Notes under the pieces: generated by a model | Database searches by the model: none | What the model was told of the DNA's origin: nothing | Seen by the model: only the letters and a program-made list of their open reading frames with translations | Origin: an uncultured Acidobacteriota bacterium | GTDB taxonomy: Bacteria > Acidobacteriota > Vicinamibacteria > Vicinamibacterales > CAVVIG01 | Direction of reading: 5' to 3' | NCBI GenBank assembly: GCA_902825985.1 | Contig: CADEDC010000002.1 | Span: 23,226-87,225 of the forward strand | DNA length: 64,000 nt | Shown here: in pieces, positions 61,391 through 64,000 of the stretch | Layout: every line of letters begins with the position of its first letter | How positions within the stretch are numbered: the stretch's first letter is position 1 | Made by a program: the position numbers and the translations under genes

Positions 61391-61783
61391 ATGTACGCTG
61401 CGCTCAAAGCAACCGACGCCTACCGCCAGACCGAAGTGCGGTCGCGAACCCCGCTCGAACTGGTGGTGATGCTGTACGACGGCGCGCTCAAGTTCATGAC
61501 CGCCGCTCAAGAGGCGATCCGGCGCGGCGACATCGGCGCCCGCAAGACCGCCATCTCGAAGACGCTCGCCATCGTCTCCGAGCTGCAGAGCACGCTGAAC
61601 ATGGACCAGGGCGGCGAGATTGCCGCGTCGCTCGATGAGCTGTATCGTTGGTCGAGCGTGCGGCTGCTCGACGCGACGGTGCACAACGACCCGGCGCCGA
61701 TCGAGGAAGTGGCGGAGGTCTTTCGGACCCTGCGCGACGGCTGGAGCGGCATCGCCTCGGGGAGTGGAAGCGGGAGCAAGTGA
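61391..61783 (+). CDS. fliS: Flagellin-specific chaperone FliS
   Basis: 130 aa. AYRQTEVRSRTPLELVVMLYDGALKFM...IVSELQSTLNMDQGGEIAASLDELY are FliS family motifs. Confidence 0.95.
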   Translation: MYAALKATDAYRQTEVRSRTPLELVVMLYDGALKFMTAAQEAIRRGDIGARKTAISKTLAIVSELQSTLNMDQGGEIAASLDELYRWSSVRLLDATVHNDPAPIEEVAEVFRTLRDGWSGIASGSGSGSK

Positions 61784-62253
61784 CGCGCAACGACGTTGAG
61801 CAGCTGCTGGCCCAGTACCGCGCCGGCCTCGAAGCCGAGATGCTGCTGCTGCGCCAACTGTCGACGCTGGCGCAGCGGCAGAAAGCCAGCACCGAATCGC
61901 GCAACTTCGAACAGCTCGCCGCCGAGAGCGACGAGCGCGACCGCGTCACCCGCAGCCTGGTGACCCTCGAGGACGGCCTCGCCGACGTGCGTCACCGGCT
62001 GGCCGCCGTCAAGGCGCAGGCCATCGCCCTTCCCGCCTACGACCTCGTCGTCGCGATGCGGCAGGAGGCGGCGGAACTGGTGTCGAGTGTGCTGTCGGTC
62101 GACCAGGAATCGCTGAAGTCGCTGGCCGACGCCGAAATGGCGCGGCGAGCGGCGATGGCCAGTCTCGAGAAGGGCGAGACGACGTTGGCCGCCTATCGGA
62201 AGGTGCTCACGCCGCCGGTCGAACACGCCGCACTGGTCGATCGCCGCGGCTGA
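61780..62253 (+). CDS. Hypothetical helical/coiled-coil protein downstream of fliS (possible FliT/FlgN-like chaperone)
   Basis: Trimmed from ORF 61648..62253. The GTG at 61780 overlaps the fliS stop (GTGA). 157 aa, Leu/Ala/Glu/Arg-rich and helical. Function is inferred only from position and composition. Confidence 0.45.
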   Translation: MTRNDVEQLLAQYRAGLEAEMLLLRQLSTLAQRQKASTESRNFEQLAAESDERDRVTRSLVTLEDGLADVRHRLAAVKAQAIALPAYDLVVAMRQEAAELVSSVLSVDQESLKSLADAEMARRAAMASLEKGETTLAAYRKVLTPPVEHAALVDRRG

Positions 62254-62260
62254 CCGCGGC
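62243..62260. terminator. Perfect 7-bp GC hairpin between convergent genes (possible bidirectional terminator)
   Basis: GCCGCGG-CTGA-CCGCGGC. The loop contains the TGA stop (62251-53) of the + gene. The GNAT stop is 12 nt further on. Confidence 0.4.
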
Positions 62261-62271
62261 CTCCCCCACCG

Positions 62272-63198
62272 CTAGACGCCGGCTCCCGCCATCGACCGCC
62301 ACGCCGACAGAAATGCGCCGCGGCGCGCGAAGCCGTGGCGGCCGTAGAGCGCCATGGCCGCCCGATTGTCGTCGGCGACCAGCAGACTCACTCTGGTGTA
62401 GCCACGGCCGGCCAGCCGGGTGAGCGCGCCACGCAGCAGCCGACCTCCCCGGCCCTCGCCCTGGCAGTCGCGGTCGACGGCGATCTGCGCGATATGACCG
62501 GTGAGCGGCGCGATGCGCGTCGTCAGCACGGCGCCGATCAGGCGACCCGGCCGATCGGTCGGCTCGTCCACGAGGCTGGCCCAGGGGAGCAGTTCGCCGC
62601 AGCCGGTGTGTGCGACGAGCTGGCCGGCATAGTCCAGCCACTCGTCGGCGGTGCCGCGTGGCGCGAACGGCCGCGCCGGGTCGAAGCCGGGATAGGCACG
62701 GGCCAGCAGATCGGCCGTTGCCGCCAGCCGTCCGGCATGGAACGAGCGGCACTCGACGCGGACCTCCTCGGGAGGCAGGGCGTCGAGTCGGCGGTCGAGG
62801 TAGGCGAACGTGCGCACGGCGAATCCGCGTGCCTGGAGGATGTCGCGGACGCCGGCGCCGGTCTCGGGGATGAACGCCATCGCATCACCGGCCCGCGCCG
62901 CCTCCGGCGAGGCGAGCATGCCGTCCAGCACGGAGGCGACGGCGGCGGTGGAGCGCCCGGCGAGGGCTCCGAGCTGCAACGTCCCACGATGCAGCAGGTG
63001 GAATCCCCAGCCGGCCGGTCGCGGACCGTCATCGTAGGCGACGAGGCCCGGCAGTGTGCCGACCGCCCGGGCGGCCTCCACCTGGCGCCAGTTGTCCGTC
63101 GTGTCCCAGGCGAAGCGGTCGGTCCAGACTGCGCGTTCGTCGTCGTAGCAGCGGCTGAGTTCAGGTGCCGGCAGCGTCTGCCAGTCGACGACGATCAT
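62272..63198 (-). CDS. GNAT-family N-acetyltransferase (two-lobed, 308 aa), translationally coupled to csrA
   Basis: C-terminal GNAT core HIAQIAVDRDCQGEGRGGRLLRGAL...VSLLVADDNRAAMALYGRHGF. The ATG at 63198 overlaps the csrA stop (ATGA). Confidence 0.8.
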   Translation of the reverse strand: MIVVDWQTLPAPELSRCYDDERAVWTDRFAWDTTDNWRQVEAARAVGTLPGLVAYDDGPRPAGWGFHLLHRGTLQLGALAGRSTAAVASVLDGMLASPEAARAGDAMAFIPETGAGVRDILQARGFAVRTFAYLDRRLDALPPEEVRVECRSFHAGRLAATADLLARAYPGFDPARPFAPRGTADEWLDYAGQLVAHTGCGELLPWASLVDEPTDRPGRLIGAVLTTRIAPLTGHIAQIAVDRDCQGEGRGGRLLRGALTRLAGRGYTRVSLLVADDNRAAMALYGRHGFARRGAFLSAWRSMAGAGV

Positions 63199-63461
63199 GG
63201 CGTTGCGGCGGGCTCGGACTCGCTCGTCTCGCGCAGCCGCGCCGCCAGCGAGGTGACGACGCTGGCGTCGGTGGTGGCACGCTTCGCCGCCGAGGCGTTG
63301 CTCGACTCGACCAGCCGATAGATCTCGCTGCGGTGTACCGGCACGTCGGGCGGCGCCGTGATCCCGATGCGCACGCCGTCCTTGCCGATCCGCACCACCC
63401 GGATCTCGATGCCGTTCCCGATGATGATCGCCTCATCGCGCTTACGGGTGAAGACCAGCAT
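63195..63461 (-). CDS. csrA: Carbon storage regulator CsrA (flagellar FliW-partner type, extended C-terminus)
   Basis: C-terminal 88 aa of ORF 63195..63635. MLVFTRKRDEAIIIGNGIEIRVVRIGKDGVRIGITAPPDVPVHRSEIY is the CsrA signature. A ~40-aa tail follows the core. Confidence 0.95.
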   Translation of the reverse strand: MLVFTRKRDEAIIIGNGIEIRVVRIGKDGVRIGITAPPDVPVHRSEIYRLVESSNASAAKRATTDASVVTSLAARLRETSESEPAATP

Positions 63462-63906
63462 CGGCGGCCTCCAGCCGGAGCGGATGATCATGACGGTAGG
63501 CGCTGTCGTGCGGCAGCGCCTGGATGGCGAGCATCCGGCGGGGGTTGACGACGATCGGCGCCCGCAGGTTGACGGTAATGTCCTCACCGGCGCCGATATG
63601 CACCACGGCGAGCCAGAGCAGCGGGTCGCCGGCACCGGCGTCGAGCCGGCGATAGTCCATCGGGCTCAGCGCCTGGCCGAATGCCGCCTCGACGAGGCGC
63701 GGGTCGATGACCAGGAACGAGGGGTGCGGGGCATCGAGCCCCTGCAGGCAGTTGAACGGCTGGATGTCGGGGCCGCTGACCAGCACGTAGCGCGTGCAGG
63801 CCTCGAACGCCGGTACGCCGCCGGGCATCTGGATGACATCGTGGTCGGCGGCCTGAAAGGTCCCGAACCGTGTCTCGACCGACATCATCGTGGCAGTGCC
63901 CTTCAT
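63442..63906 (-). CDS. fliW: Flagellar assembly factor FliW
   Basis: 154 aa. FQAADHDVIQMPGGVPAFE...YVLV...PFNCLQGLD.P..SFLVIDP...ITVNLRAPIVVN fits the FliW family pattern. Directly upstream of csrA (20-nt overlap). Confidence 0.9.
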   Translation of the reverse strand: MKGTATMMSVETRFGTFQAADHDVIQMPGGVPAFEACTRYVLVSGPDIQPFNCLQGLDAPHPSFLVIDPRLVEAAFGQALSPMDYRRLDAGAGDPLLWLAVVHIGAGEDITVNLRAPIVVNPRRMLAIQALPHDSAYRHDHPLRLEAADAGLHP

Positions 63907-64000
63907 GTCAGGTAGTTCAGCAGGCTGTTCCGGCCGGCGGTGCCGACGGCGCCGAGTGCCGCGTTGTAGGCGGTCTGGGCGCGCGACATCCGGGTGATTG
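63903..64000 (-). CDS. flgL: C-terminal end of a flagellin-superfamily hook-associated protein (probably FlgL); the gene starts beyond the right edge
   Basis: Reverse translation gives ...ITRMSRAQTAYNAALGAVGTAGRNSLLNYLT*. This is the conserved C-terminal heptad (A.YQAAL...SLL.YL) of FlgL/flagellin. The stop overlaps the fliW ATG (ATGA). The flgL-fliW-csrA synteny is conserved in many phyla. Confidence 0.6.
   Translation of the reverse strand, partial: ITRMSRAQTAYNAALGAVGTAGRNSLLNYLT

Noticed and set aside
1-64000. A search by eye for CRISPR arrays, rRNA/tRNA genes, large direct or inverted repeats, toxin-antitoxin or defence-type gene pairs.
   Set aside because: None were recognised. Nearly all sequence is accounted for by tightly packed CDS. 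The only repeated DNA elements noticed are the short promoter-like 17-mers and the hairpins reported above.

Overview
Very GC-rich window from a diderm bacterium (TamB and lipoprotein signals present). It is almost entirely a motility, chemotaxis and flagellin-glycosylation supercluster. All calls come from reading the translated ORFs and the DNA by eye; no BLAST or HMM search was run. Left end (1-8.7 kb): a partial HupE/UreJ-like gene, a class II cytochrome c, a PAS hybrid kinase, apt, acyP, an orphan receiver and tamB. 8.7-29.3 kb is one long minus-strand array. It runs HD-GYP, motA, motB, an input-less hybrid HK, a GAF-PAS hybrid HK, Hpt, a REC-4Cys regulator and a REC-REC-CheX fusion. A hairpin and a sigma-54-like promoter follow, then cheA, cheW, a soluble truncated-globin-PAS-MCP receptor, hemA, cheY, cheB, cheR, cheX, a receiver and two tandem amicyanin-like cupredoxin lipoproteins. 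29.5-58.8 kb is a ~29 kb putative flagellin glycosylation island with 27 CDS. It holds a pseudaminic/legionaminic-type nonulosonate core, two DUF115/Maf proteins (one fused to a methyltransferase), six glycosyltransferases, a radical SAM enzyme, WbqC, ATP-grasp, HAD, an AsnB-like enzyme and methyltransferases. A second motA/motB stator pair is translationally coupled inside the sugar operon. The island is bracketed by two paralogous ~200-aa proteins of unknown function. Right end: a sigma-28 promoter and a CsrA-type GGA hairpin leader, then fliC, fliD, fliS and an unknown gene. Convergent to these lie flgL' (partial), fliW, csrA and a GNAT gene. Two pairs of sigma-54-like -24/-12 motifs, each pair 14/17 identical, sit at operon heads. 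The most interesting items are the island architecture, the embedded stator, the bracketing paralogs, the globin-MCP next to hemA, and the sigma-54 motif families. No CRISPR array, rRNA/tRNA gene or mobile element was seen. The many long Arg/Ala/Gly-rich ORFs antisense to real genes are GC artefacts.
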